Assembly: GCA_946965045.2 (NCBI GenBank)
Contig: OX337230.1
Span: 1,426,001 to 1,490,000 of the forward strand
Length of the DNA: 64,000 nucleotides
Origin: Epithemia pelagica
Lineage: Eukaryota > Protista > Bacillariophyta
Direction of reading: 5' to 3'
Below the pieces are notes generated by a model. The model saw only the letters and a list, made by a program, of their open reading frames with translations. It did no database searches and had not been told where the DNA came from. The position numbers and the translations under genes are program-made. This document shows, piece by piece, positions 28,725 to 40,059 of this stretch (positions are counted from its first letter, which is position 1; every line of letters starts with the position of its first letter).

Positions 28725-31427
28725 ATGAGGAGGACAACGACATGCAACCTGGCACTACTGGCGGTGGTCTTGTTCGGGACGGCCATAATGGCCGAAGGGA
28801 AGGTTCGACAACAATCCCCGTGTCCAGGCATTAGCGTGGGAGATGAACCTGTGGAATGCCATGGTGCGATCCACAAACTACATTCCTATCGTCGCGAAAG
28901 GACCAAACGACGACTGGGGGGACAACGGTACTTGGACGCAGATGCCTTTGCAACGAGCCATGGAAAAAAGAGTGCCACCGGTGACGACCAAGATGATCAA
29001 GACGACGACGATGATGGCAATGGACAACAAGCACAATACACGCCGCCACCCACTACTCCCAACCCTACCATGGCTCCTCCGACATTGCAACCCGCCACCA
29101 TGACGGGAACTCCAGCATCTGCCGGACCCCTTTCACCCACCTTGTTTGTCAATCCCAACAACAATAATGGTGCCTCGACTCCCACTGCTGGTGGAGGCCC
29201 CATGATGACACCGAATGGATCTCCCACGGGAGCGCCCGCATCGGGCGGCAGTGTCACTACCAATGGTGGAAACACCAGTCCATCGGCCAGTCCCGCCACT
29301 CCGACTACGACCAATGGAGGAGGAGGAGGAGATGACACGTCCCAACTCAATACTCTGAGCAACAATGATCGAACCGTTCCCAAACGAAACAACGATGCGG
29401 ACAACAACAACAGTGGGGACGACCATGACCATCGAGCGCTTCTCATTACCATGTGGATTCTCATTGTGCTCTGTCTCTTTGTGCTTTGTGGCATGTGCTT
29501 TGGTTGTTTGCGAGAAGAAAAGCGTCGACAAGAAGAACAAGAAGCCAAGGGAAAGCGAGATTTGGCCGACCTCGACCATCATTCCTTGGGAACCGATGAT
29601 AGTACCATGATATTGGAACCTATCGGTGCCACTCCGCATGGAGATAGTTTTGACGAAGAGGGGGCTCCTACCAATGAATCTGCGGCCTTGCTTCCCACAA
29701 CGCCATCTGACTCTCATAATCTTTCCCCGCCTCCCATTCAACGATCATCCCGAATGCCTCCCAGTACACCGGAAGAACGGCGCACCCTGGAATCGGCCCA
29801 CGACAAGGACCACAAGCCTGATTCCGACCAAGAAGAAGAGGACGACGATGATTGTGGACTGGAATACCTGTGCGATGGTCTTTCACCACCCGCCATTCTA
29901 CGATCACGACAACCACCCTCGTCGTCCTCGACATCCCCGAAAGACGACAGTCCGTCACCCCCGACCGAAGATGGAGTCGAAATTCTGGAAGCTGAATATA
30001 TGGCTTCGTTTGATTTAATCTCCGAGACTGGCAACAGTCCCAAAGAAAACGACCAAGACGAAGACGACGAGGAAGAAAAGAAGGAGGAAGAAAACTCGTA
30101 CCCAGGATACGTGCAACATCTGGTTGGTACCAAAACGGCCGGCGCGTCGGAAGGAGACCAGAGTCATGGTGGCAACGTGGATTCCCGGTCCACAACCCCC
30201 ATGCCGGACTCCCCCGTGTCGCAGACACGTTCGGGTGTCAGCAATGATGGATCCACAATGGACACTCCGTCAAAACCTCAAGAGTCTCAACAACAACCAG
30301 AGGAAGGGAATCGGTCGTCCGTTTCGTCCATTGCCTATTCGTCGCTCTTTTCGGGAACCTCCGCCGCGTCTCCAGTGTTTCGAAGATTTTCCAGAAACGC
30401 AGATGAGTCCAAGGATCAAGGTGGTATTCGCATCCTCAAGGCCAATGACAGAACACAAGCCAGTACGACGACCGACCAGGATGATGCACCAAATGCTGCT
30501 GGTACTTCGTCCGCCACGAGCACAAGCACAGCAAAAGCCACCTTTCATCCGTCCAGCAGTCAAGACCACGACGAATGTCGTCGAGCCGTGAGTCTTTTGG
30601 GTTCCTCCTCCGAGTCGGAGGATTCTGCCGAGAATGAGGTTGCGTATCAACTGAGTGATGACTCATCATCCTCGTACCTGTTTGAGGGACCCGACTCGGT
30701 CAAACTATCCCAAACGAAAGACACAAAGAATACCGAGGGTCAGACAATGACTGAAGCTTCGGATGATGAACCCAAGAACGAGAATGAAGACTTCCAAACC
30801 AAAACGGTAGAAGTAGATATGGAATTTGTTCATAAACAAGAGCCACCTGAAAAGGTTCTCCCCGTGGAAGGAGAGCGACGAATCGTCGATACAAGAGAGC
30901 TCTTGGTCATGCCGACTCCCAGGTATCCAGAGGAAAAGAAGGACGACTCTTCTGCTCCAGTGATGCGATCCAGGTCGTTTGAATCGTACAATCGCTACAG
31001 AGATGCTTTGAGGGCTTCCCTCCACTCGGACCGCCGAGATCGATCTCATTCGTGGGATGCGGACCTAGGCAGGGAACGTGGACTTGTGTTCCGTAGACAG
31101 TCCCTTACCGACCGAGAAAATGACGGCGACAGTGACCGCAGTGAGTCCGACGATGACCTAGACATGGACGATGACGACGACGACGACGAAGGAGAAGAAG
31201 AAAACCACGCAGAATACATTCATCGTCGGTTACCAAAAGACAGTGAAAACAATCCATTTGCCTCTGCCTCATCAAGACCAAGCAGCTACCGCAATAGTGT
31301 GGGAATGTGGATCCAAAGTTTGGCGGAACAGAGATCCGCTCGACAACAACTAAGACACCAAGAGCGAGATCGTGATCACGAACACGAACAGTTGGCAGAT
31401 GTATCTTCCAACCCTATAGACGTATAA
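28725..31427 (+). CDS. Type I membrane protein: signal peptide, RRL motif, Pro/Thr/Asn-rich ectodomain, single TM helix, long acidic/Ser-rich tail
   Basis: Hydrophobic N-terminus LALLAVVLFGTAIMA; RTKRRL at ~28899-28916; TM ALLITMWILIVLCLFVLCGMCFGCL at ~29436-29510 followed by REEKRR. Confidence 0.75.
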   Translation: MRRTTTCNLALLAVVLFGTAIMAEGKVRQQSPCPGISVGDEPVECHGAIHKLHSYRRERTKRRLGGQRYLDADAFATSHGKKSATGDDQDDQDDDDDGNGQQAQYTPPPTTPNPTMAPPTLQPATMTGTPASAGPLSPTLFVNPNNNNGASTPTAGGGPMMTPNGSPTGAPASGGSVTTNGGNTSPSASPATPTTTNGGGGGDDTSQLNTLSNNDRTVPKRNNDADNNNSGDDHDHRALLITMWILIVLCLFVLCGMCFGCLREEKRRQEEQEAKGKRDLADLDHHSLGTDDSTMILEPIGATPHGDSFDEEGAPTNESAALLPTTPSDSHNLSPPPIQRSSRMPPSTPEERRTLESAHDKDHKPDSDQEEEDDDDCGLEYLCDGLSPPAILRSRQPPSSSSTSPKDDSPSPPTEDGVEILEAEYMASFDLISETGNSPKENDQDEDDEEEKKEEENSYPGYVQHLVGTKTAGASEGDQSHGGNVDSRSTTPMPDSPVSQTRSGVSNDGSTMDTPSKPQESQQQPEEGNRSSVSSIAYSSLFSGTSAASPVFRRFSRNADESKDQGGIRILKANDRTQASTTTDQDDAPNAAGTSSATSTSTAKATFHPSSSQDHDECRRAVSLLGSSSESEDSAENEVAYQLSDDSSSSYLFEGPDSVKLSQTKDTKNTEGQTMTEASDDEPKNENEDFQTKTVEVDMEFVHKQEPPEKVLPVEGERRIVDTRELLVMPTPRYPEEKKDDSSAPVMRSRSFESYNRYRDALRASLHSDRRDRSHSWDADLGRERGLVFRRQSLTDRENDGDSDRSESDDDLDMDDDDDDDEGEEENHAEYIHRRLPKDSENNPFASASSRPSSYRNSVGMWIQSLAEQRSARQQLRHQERDRDHEHEQLADVSSNPIDV

Positions 31428-31689
31428 ACTGTGCTAGGTGTGTGAGAATGGGATGGCAAGGGGTTGCGTGTTGAAAAGTGCATCAGTTGTCGGAAAAAAC
31501 TATCAAACGACCAAAAACGTTGTAAAATTTGATAAGTTAATGTACCAGTTGCAGTAAACGAAACATGTTTAGTCAAAAAGACTTATGGAGTAATAGTCTA
31601 CAAAGAATACTACCGATAGCGGAAGTGCAAGTGGAGATTGCTAAAGTAGGAAGAAGGATATGTCGTTGGAATACAATGTACCGCAAGCT

Positions 31690-33429
31690 CTAGAATGACG
31701 CCATGGTGTGTCGATCATAGTCTTCCTCCTCCTCCTCCTCATCATCATCAGTTTCGTCATCGTATTCGGGCTCGGGGTCCCCTACGACATCTTCGGTTTC
31801 AATTTCGTAATGCCGAACAGGATCTTCCTTGTGTTCTTCCTTGTACTTGAGCAGTACCGTGTCCCTTGGATCACTGTGGTTGTTTTCTTTGCCTCCTTGG
31901 TACGACGATTGTCGTCCTCCTTTTTTATGGTTGGGACTGTATCTATCATTGTCATCGTCAATGGCAGTTGTATTGTCCGGATCACGCGCTTGATCCAATC
32001 GTTGCAGAATGGCATCGGCACGGACACCATGAATTCCCGGATATTTGGAAACTTTTTCACACATGGTTCGTATCTCGGGTGCTTGTTTCTCCATGACGAG
32101 ACAGGATTCGGAACCACTTTGGACCAACAACAAGAGCAGCAACAGACTGGAATCTTCCAAGGAATCACGTGTCCAATAGGCCAAATCACGGTCGCTTTCG
32201 TCCAAGACATGTGCGGCCAAAAAGGGGAATTTGGTGGTACCGGCCACAATGGCGGCATTGTCCTGCACTGTCACGAGATTCCGCATCAAGGCCATGCACC
32301 ATCGGACTGTCGCAGCTTCAACGGTCGAGACTTGCTTTTCGTGACCACGACGAATGGATGGTGTAAAGGTCACAACCAAGTCTTCGACGATCCGCAACAA
32401 GGAATCTTTATTGGCCGTGGGTGATTGAAAGCCATACGAGGACTGGGCCGATCGTGTTCGAGTGGTCATCATGAGGGCAGCCGTCAGGGTCGCCGGTGGT
32501 GTGTAGGGTATTAACATGAGTTTGGCCTCTTCCAAAAAGGACAAATTGTACAAACAGGCAGCGGCAATGTGGGATTCGGCCAAACGACGTTGAAAAATGT
32601 GCAACAAGGAAAACAACAAGGCGTCACGGATTTCACCCAACAGCATGTGTCGTTTGTTTTCTTCGGGAATACACAAATTGTTCAACAACAACAAGGCTTG
32701 TCGACGGTCGTGACTGGCGGCCTCGGGGGCCAAACAGGGCAACAAGGCCTCAATGGTATTCAAACGATCCGTACATACGACCGGCACTCTGGGTGGCCAA
32801 AAAGGTGTTGTTATTGTTGTTGTGTGCAGGTGTTGGTCCATGGCGACAAGAGAACAAAAGACAACGACAACCAAGAACAGAATAGAACAGAAATTAGAGT
32901 CCGTGAGCAGCAGTCGTCGTATGGCGTAAAAAATGAGGCGAAAATCCGTCGGCACCAGGACGATTGGAACTGGACGAGGTAGGGTAATTGTTTTGTTGCA
33001 GGAAACTGTCCACCGGTACAAGAGAAACCTGGATTCGTTCTCGTTGCATCATCCACACTGACATTCTTGGTGAATGATGTGTTTTGCCATTGCGCGGCGA
33101 TCTTACCTGTGTCGTTGGCTTTCCTTATCAGTTAGTTTGAATAATTTTTGCAAGGCAATGGTTCGAGCCTTGTTGGAGGCTTTCAAATCTTTGAGCAAGG
33201 GTCCAATCATGGCCTTGTAGTCCATTTCAAAGGCCTCGTCATCCTCATCGTGAACTCCCAAGGGATTGCTACACGGTCCTCGACCATTGGTCGGTGACAA
33301 ACAAACGGCTGGATTCATGCTTTGCAAAATTTGACGAAAAATACCACCACCACCACCATTCTGAGTATTTATATTCTTTCCAGCGGTGGAAAAACTCTGG
33401 TCGGATGCCAATGACATGGTCGCTGCCAT
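31690..33429 (-). CDS. ARM-repeat-like hypothetical protein, two exons (33429-33107 and 32788-31690)
   Basis: Donor ACAG|GTAAG at 33106 and acceptor CCCAG| at 32789 join in frame as HR|VPVVC. Helical repeats ALLLLNNLC, AACLYNLS and ALMRNLV. Confidence 0.7.
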
Positions 33430-34660
33430 TGGGTGATGGGTTCTTGGAAGTTGGGGAATGGGGAGAGAGAAGAATGCACTTGTTGTTCCTTGGGTATATG
33501 TCGAACGAGTTGCTGTTGCTCCTCGGTTGCGGTTGTTGTTGTTGTTGTTGTTGTTGCTTTCTTTGTCGGTTTCGTTACGCAGAATGACTTCCAGCACAAA
33601 TGGGGCGTGTGGAGTGATTGTTCTTTGTCGTGTTACGCTCCGACTTGACGCACATGGTGGAGTGTCGTGTAGAGAAAACGCCACAAATTAATTGTTGGGG
33701 ATCCGAATCAGATCCAATAAAATGGCGAACGGATACAAGAGTCCGAGATCCTCGGGTGGAGTTCGCACCTTACCTATGCCCTTTTGAAAATGCCACACAA
33801 ACTTTTGGTCTTGATCAGTCGTGGTCCGGTCCAAGCAATGCTCCCGGGTTTCGAGGGCTATACGAAAAATTAACGGTATGCGGGCAACACGTTCCCCCGT
33901 AACGTTCGTTCCGACACTTCTTGCGCGACCTGATTTCGTCCTTCGTGCGACCACCCGTTCAACGCGGGCATTCTCCGAAAAGATGCAGGGGACATGATGG
34001 CGGCCAACCGTTCGCCCCCAACCAACAATGAGAATGATACCACTGAAAAGTTTATCCCGAACCCAGCATCTGAACCGGAAGCGGATGGGACCAACAAAAT
34101 GCACGAACTAGTTCCTCCTGTCAGCCAACATACAAATAATAATCAGTGCCCCCTCATGGCAGAAAAGGGAGTCTGCGACGAACAATGTACAAGTCTGTCG
34201 GAAGAAGTTGTGGGTTGTGTTTGTGAGTACTATAGATGGCACTCGTATCGCTTTCTAGGCATCTCTGCACCAACATATATCTATGATACTATCATCATCG
34301 CTTCTTCCCTTCCTCTTCATCTTTGCCCAAGCAAGGGAATAAGCACAACAACGCACAATCACAACCAATGACACCGGAGCAAGGTCCTTCTTTCTTTTCT
34401 CTGTACTGTGTCAAAAAGATCAGAGACGCAGAAAGCGAAACATCGACGTGTGAGGATGATGTCGTCATCGTCATCGTCGCGAGTACGTTTAGAACTTTTC
34501 GTACTCGCGTTGCGGTTAGGTGGATCGTTTTCGTTAACAGTCCGTCGACATGTATCGACCGGAAATGTCGGTAGTAATTGTCCACGCACGAGATCACTCC
34601 CTGTTGTGCGGCTTGTCATTACACACCCTCTAACTTTCTGTAAATGCACTGCACTATTGC

Positions 34661-36409
34661 TCAACCCCTTGTTGACTCATCGTATGCCGGGCTGTAGTCT
34701 ATCCCAATCACGTATTGAGGTATCTTCAGATATCTCTCTGTATCCTGAAAAGAATCCAGCTTTTTGAGGAACTCCCCGATGTAGGTTTTCACTAGTGTAA
34801 TTGGCTTTTTCTTGTGGGAGTCCAGCAATTGCTGAATGGTGAAGATTCCGTTGTCGTTCAAAATTTTCTTCCTCGCTTCTCCAATCCCATTGATTTCAGA
34901 GCAATCAGCAGTCATTACCGCATCCACACATGTCTTGCCCGCAAAGATCGGATCGTTTGATATCTTCTGCTTCCTGAACTTGCTTTCCATTTTGGATGGC
35001 ACGACGAAAACAAGCTTCGCGAAAGACGGGTTCGACTTGACTGTTTCCAGATGTCCCAAAGACTTGAGCAAGTCTACAATGCCGTCAAGGTCTTCTTCGT
35101 GATTGTAGGACCTCGTCATCTGAAACATCCATATCCCAGATTCATTTTCGTAGTACGAATCAATCGACTGTAGGTTCGGCGCGTCGGGTATGTTATACGC
35201 ATTCACCAGCATTTCCTCAAGGGGCTCCTCCAATTTGAACCGCTTATAGTTGTCCGTTGCCGCCTCAATGACAAGCGTGACTGGTGATATTCCTTCCATC
35301 AGAGGCCTCAAGTTAAACTCCCGTCCCTTGAGAAAAATCTCGTGCGCAAACTCCTCAAAGAGCCAGGAGAGAAACGGACCAGCCTTGCCCGCTCCGTCCA
35401 GCCAGAGCATCAACTTTTGTCGCTCAGAGTCGAGAGACTGGGTCAGCTTATTGTGCATCATCGAAGCGACCATCTTGGAAGCTGGTTTCAATTTCTTATC
35501 CGTCCAGTCGGCATTGTCCCTGACGTAGTGCATAAGTCGATAGACGACATTCTGCAGGTCCACCTTGCCCTCGAAGCACCTTGCCACGTAATCCAACGAT
35601 TCGATCTTGCCCAAAGCGGTATCGATGGCTTCTTTGCCCTCCCGAAGAAAATAGTTATCAGTGGTGAGGGTATACCGCGCAGTGCCCCCAAAGAGTTCAA
35701 TCCTTCCAAGCAATTGTTCTGGGGACAATTCTAGACCGAGCACATAAACGGCCTCCTTGAGTTCAGACGGAGTCCACATGGGCATGTAGAGTCGCACGTG
35801 ATGCTGGCCCTTCCTCATCGTTTCAAACCAACCCGAGTTGGGGGAAGGGAAGGCAACCATTCGGGAGTTGCCCATGGGAACCATGTCAGGAGGTCCGTCG
35901 TAGAGGTAGAGTTCGCATACCTGGAACGGAATGTCCTTTCCGTGATATATAAAGTGGGGAAGGGAAGCATCTCTTTCCTTAATTTCCTTCAGAGAATACC
36001 ACTCCTTGACCTCCATAACTTTTCGTTCCTTCGAGAAGGATGCAGTGAGAACCCGCCTACAGGGATTTTTCTGCCTGTACTTTTGGAAGAAGTAGAGGTA
36101 AAAGATCGACTTGCCGATCCCAGGGGTTCCAGTGACGGTGATATATTTCCTTGTTTGCAGCCTTTGCAGGACCTCCTCGAAGTAGAGCGGGTAGCACTCT
36201 CGGATGAAGATCTTCTTTCCAATCAACTCGTTCGACTGGGGGACGTTGGGCGGTACGTCCGTCAGGTTGTCGTGCGAATAAATCATGCTGCTATTGGCGA
36301 ACGGTACCTGACATGCGCCTCCTCCTCCATCTTCGTCCATCGAATTATTTGGCGGACCTTCTTCATCCTTGCTTTCCTCTAAGTCCATTGGGTCTTGCGT
36401 CGACATCAT
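34661..36409 (-). CDS. Crinkler/RHS-like protein: P-loop NTPase + restriction-endonuclease-like domain + C-terminal helix-hairpin-helix
   Basis: IFIRECY...VTGTPGIGKS (Walker A), YLYDGP (Walker B), LYMPMW...ELFGGTARY. REase-like SIDSY...WMFQMT...LVFVVP. HhH INGIGEARKKILNDNGI. Intronless. Confidence 0.88.
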   Translation of the reverse strand: MMSTQDPMDLEESKDEEGPPNNSMDEDGGGGACQVPFANSSMIYSHDNLTDVPPNVPQSNELIGKKIFIRECYPLYFEEVLQRLQTRKYITVTGTPGIGKSIFYLYFFQKYRQKNPCRRVLTASFSKERKVMEVKEWYSLKEIKERDASLPHFIYHGKDIPFQVCELYLYDGPPDMVPMGNSRMVAFPSPNSGWFETMRKGQHHVRLYMPMWTPSELKEAVYVLGLELSPEQLLGRIELFGGTARYTLTTDNYFLREGKEAIDTALGKIESLDYVARCFEGKVDLQNVVYRLMHYVRDNADWTDKKLKPASKMVASMMHNKLTQSLDSERQKLMLWLDGAGKAGPFLSWLFEEFAHEIFLKGREFNLRPLMEGISPVTLVIEAATDNYKRFKLEEPLEEMLVNAYNIPDAPNLQSIDSYYENESGIWMFQMTRSYNHEEDLDGIVDLLKSLGHLETVKSNPSFAKLVFVVPSKMESKFRKQKISNDPIFAGKTCVDAVMTADCSEINGIGEARKKILNDNGIFTIQQLLDSHKKKPITLVKTYIGEFLKKLDSFQDTERYLKIPQYVIGIDYSPAYDESTRG

Positions 36410-36457
36410 TGTTGCTCCGACGCTTGTTTATCCACGAAAAGAGTTTTGGAGGTCTGA

Positions 36458-37076
36458 TGTCTTATACGCCTCGTATTAGTCAACTTCTAAAAGACTGAGA
36501 TTACAACTGGAACTCTACTGTATGTCGTAACCCCCAAATCTCAATCCCAACCGGCTCTTAAATTTGAGCCCATAACCTGAGCATTTTAGATTTGAGATAA
36601 ATCTGAGACGAAATTTGTCCGGGGGTAGGCCCCGGCTCATGAACTTTCGTCGTAAACTTATTCTGAAATCAAAATGGATATAAATATTCAGACATGAGTA
36701 TTCTAAGTCGTATGCCTTCCCCGTGACATTATTATTTACACAACCTTCTTTGTTATTTAGAGAAGTGTCTTGGGGTCTGTGGGGGATACGGCGCGAAAAA
36801 CTTATTAAGATATTCATCTTTGTATATTGTATAAAATATGCTGGCGTGTGATTCACAGCTTGTCATTTTGCGTCTAAGACATTCAGTAGCAGTCGTGATC
36901 TTATACTTAAGCTCTACTTTTTGGAATTATTTCTAAGTTTTGCATTGGATTAAGTTTATGACATACAGTAGAGGCCCACTACGAAAGATATGTTTTCCCC
37001 TTTCCAGTAAACGGGTATGCGGTAATGACCATGACCCCAGTCGTGGCGGGACTCTCGTATCAAGCTAGGATAAACA
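36458..37076 (-). repeat. 3' LTR, split by a MITE (LTR parts 36458-36508 and 36981-37076)
   Basis: Identical to 41951-42100 except for 1 substitution, a 3-nt indel and the insertion. Weak purine tract ACGGGGAC immediately inside. Confidence 0.95.
36509..36977. mobile_element. MITE (469 bp), PIF/Harbinger-like
   Basis: TIRs GGAACTCTACTGTATGTCGTAA / GGGCCTCTACTGTATGTCATAA (19 of 22 match). 3-bp TSD ACT at 36506-36508 and 36978-36980; the empty site is visible in the other LTR. AT-rich non-coding interior. Confidence 0.9.
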
Positions 37077-37109
37077 GTCCCCGTAAGAGACGCAGGATCT
37101 TACCCAGTC

Positions 37110-38702
37110 CTAGAGATGAACCGGAGTCCCGACAACACGTGAGTCAATCGAGGGTGGGCCCGACCGTCCAAATGCAGAAGAGTAAGTAAACTGAGACAGG
37201 AGCTCATTTCGACAATCACGCGGTAACATCTTGGTGAACAAATCAGCAATATTGGTGGCCGTGTCTTCCTTGCCAACGCGTAAGATACCGGCTGCCGCAG
37301 CCTCGCGCACAGAGTGGTAGTTGATCGCATTGTGTCGTTTGGACAGTACCGATGCAGGTAGACTCGTGTTCTTGACGACACCCCTGTTATCACAAAGCAA
37401 GTTCGCTGGTCCCACCCCAGGTACGCCAAACATCCGCAGCTTGTATCGAATGGAGACGATCATTTCTTTTGCAATTCGCATGGCTACAAACTCACTCCCA
37501 AAACTCGATGTTTCCACAGTGTTCTGCCGTCGAGAGTACCACAAGATCGGTGCGTTTTGAAGGAGGATCAGAACGCCGCTGTGTGACCGCCGCGTCACCA
37601 AATTGCCTGCATGATCCGCATCGACGAAGCATGTTACCTGTACTGGCCTCCCAAGTGGCTCTGGCATATTTGCCGGTACCTCTTCTGCGACGTCCCCGTA
37701 GAATTCCCGCCATTCTCCCGCGGATACTTGAGCAAAACATGTCTCATCCAATGTCACCTCCTTTGGATCGAATACTAACTTCATCTTCTTGTGTGTTTTT
37801 AGATATGCAAAGATGTGGTACACGGCCTCCAGGTGTCCCCGACGTGGGCTTGAGAGATATTGTGATAGCAGCGACACCTCAAGGTAAATATCCACTCGAC
37901 CGAGCTCCACCGCCCACCGGAGTATTCCCACTAACTGTTGAAATCGTGCTGTAAGGTCCTTGTCTAACTCTTGGCTCACGTCCAACTCGGGCTTGTAAGC
38001 TGTAACGACTGGTACGTGTGCCGTCGTCTTCAAGTGCATTCCTGTCCCATCATCCTCTAGCATGCCTTCCACTATCTTTATTGCGTTGCTCACGTATTTC
38101 TCACTGTTCATTCCCCAGGCCCAAGTACCATCGGGTAGGTTGTGCCTGTAAATCTGCGCTCCAAGATATATCTCTGGCTCACCTATGCTCCCGGCCTTGA
38201 TCTTGTAGTGTTTGTTTATCTCGTCGAATACCGGGTGTGGATCCTCACTCACCAGGAGAATGTCGTCTACGTAGACCAGTATAAGTTCGTAGTATTCTTC
38301 CCCACTTTTCCTTTTCTTCTTGCGTCGTAGTACACAAGGGTCCGCCATGGTATCACGAAATCCCATGTCGTACAAGGTGGCCATGAGCGTGGCCCGCCAA
38401 CTAGCCCCTGAAGACTTTAACCCATACAGGGCTCTCACCATGACACACACTCGACCTTGAAACTCCTTCCCTACCTCCTGTCCGCCAAGAAACCATATCT
38501 TCTCCCTGCATGGTGCATTCAAATATGCATTGCCAATATCACAGGCGAGAATGTTGAGTTCGTTCAAGGCAGCGATTAGGAATGCCACCCGGATCGAATC
38601 ACGGCTCACCACGCTCGAGTAGGTTAAGCTGCTTGGCGCGTCCGTCATATGTCCTCCCGCCACCAGGCGTGCTTTCCGCGTAAGATCCATCTTGATATCG
38701 AA
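37110..38702 (-). CDS. pol: Copia reverse transcriptase + RNase H (RT N-terminus clipped by a deletion)
   Basis: FDIKMDLTRKARLVAGGH, CDIGNAYLNA, ALYGLKSSG, LVYVDDILL, FVDADHAG, SEFVAMR, CDN and NIADLFTK. Confidence 0.95.
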   Translation of the reverse strand, partial: FDIKMDLTRKARLVAGGHMTDAPSSLTYSSVVSRDSIRVAFLIAALNELNILACDIGNAYLNAPCREKIWFLGGQEVGKEFQGRVCVMVRALYGLKSSGASWRATLMATLYDMGFRDTMADPCVLRRKKKRKSGEEYYELILVYVDDILLVSEDPHPVFDEINKHYKIKAGSIGEPEIYLGAQIYRHNLPDGTWAWGMNSEKYVSNAIKIVEGMLEDDGTGMHLKTTAHVPVVTAYKPELDVSQELDKDLTARFQQLVGILRWAVELGRVDIYLEVSLLSQYLSSPRRGHLEAVYHIFAYLKTHKKMKLVFDPKEVTLDETCFAQVSAGEWREFYGDVAEEVPANMPEPLGRPVQVTCFVDADHAGNLVTRRSHSGVLILLQNAPILWYSRRQNTVETSSFGSEFVAMRIAKEMIVSIRYKLRMFGVPGVGPANLLCDNRGVVKNTSLPASVLSKRHNAINYHSVREAAAAGILRVGKEDTATNIADLFTKMLPRDCRNELLSQFTYSSAFGRSGPPSIDSRVVGTPVHL

Positions 38703-38703
38703 A

Positions 38704-40050
38704 CCTCCAGTACGTTGTCCCCGTCAACTCGTCTATCTTTAGAGCTTCTTCGACTGAGTGTGGTAGCTGAATCCCGTATTTCTTGGTCGTCCTCCAGTAC
38801 TTTTTCTTCACCTTCTTCACGATTCTACGCAGATGGTTTAGTACTTGTGGGACCCACCAATGGAAAGCGGGTTCTTGCTCGATTCCTTGCGCGACCGCGT
38901 ATTCCGCCAACTCTATTGCGTATCCTTCCTTCATATCTTTCAGTGGTACCCACTCCTGGTTGCCATCAATCCATTCCACTGCTATCTCCCACCCTTTCGT
39001 CGTTCTTTTCGGATGCTTGTTCCCATTTGCCGAAACCGTGAAACCATCTTGTCGGCTGACCGCGTCCCCGTTCTTCTTGTGCCCTATGATTTCTTTCAGC
39101 ATCACGTGGCGTTTCCCTTCGCTATCAATTTGGGCAAACAGATTCTCGGCCACAACGTTCGCCGTATATTCGTGTACTGCACCCCCAGGGAACCTAACCG
39201 AGTAAGTTCTTGTGTCAAAGAGCGGATTCTTGTGCCTCCTGCCGATGGGCTTTCCGTCCAGTCCCTTTTGCCGCTTTATCACAGTCCCTATCACGTCCTC
39301 ACTTCCCACGTTCATCTTTATCTCTGCCCCTAGGAATTCGTCATATCCCTCTTCGTATTCCTCTGCCTCTCTCAGTGCTTCTTGCACCATCTTCCCATAT
39401 TCCTCGTCAGTTGGGATGATTCCCCTCTGGTGTCCCCGTCTTTCTTCCTCCAACTCCTCGACATCTTCCAAGTATCCCGGTCCCTTTGTTTCTTGGTCCG
39501 TAAAGTTCCTGTCATCAAGCTTTTCCGCAACAATCAACTTGAATTGCCTGATCCTTTCGGATATCTTTGGGTCATCCATGTCGGCCTGTGTGACGTGTTG
39601 TACCGTTGTCCTTGCTATCACTTTGCCCGACTTGGTTAAGACCCAATAACACAAGTCGCTGCCAATACGATGGGCAACTCCCAACCAGTACCCAAGTGAG
39701 GGCTGTTCGTCAGTGGTATCACCCTTCGAGTTGTCGTGAAACCACACGAGATCAAAAAACGAAAAATCGAGCCATTCGGATATGTCAGGCGTATCCCCAG
39801 CAAGTCGCTCAATTCCAGTCCGCCCATCTTGTCCCCGGGCGACGCGACTGAGGATGCCGGCTTCATATACGAGGCCATAGTCCCAAAGACGCTTTGGAAC
39901 GTTCAAATCGGCCATGCGACGGCGCCAACGTTGTTTGAGTAGTCCGATCTCTCTTTCTGAGCGATGGTTTTGCTTGCCTGTGCCCTTTTCGCTCCATTTA
40001 ATGTCGATACGATGGTGCCGAACGAGCTTGGAGAAAAGTGTAGATGCCCC
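38704..40050 (-). pseudogene. pol: Copia integrase, C-terminal half and linker only
   Basis: Reads ...RIDIKWSEKGTGKQNHRSEREIGLLKQRWRRRMADLNVPKRLWDY... to ...DELTGTTYWR. The HHCC zinc finger and the first two catalytic Asp are absent. Confidence 0.85.
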
Positions 40051-40059
40051 AGTTTGCTA

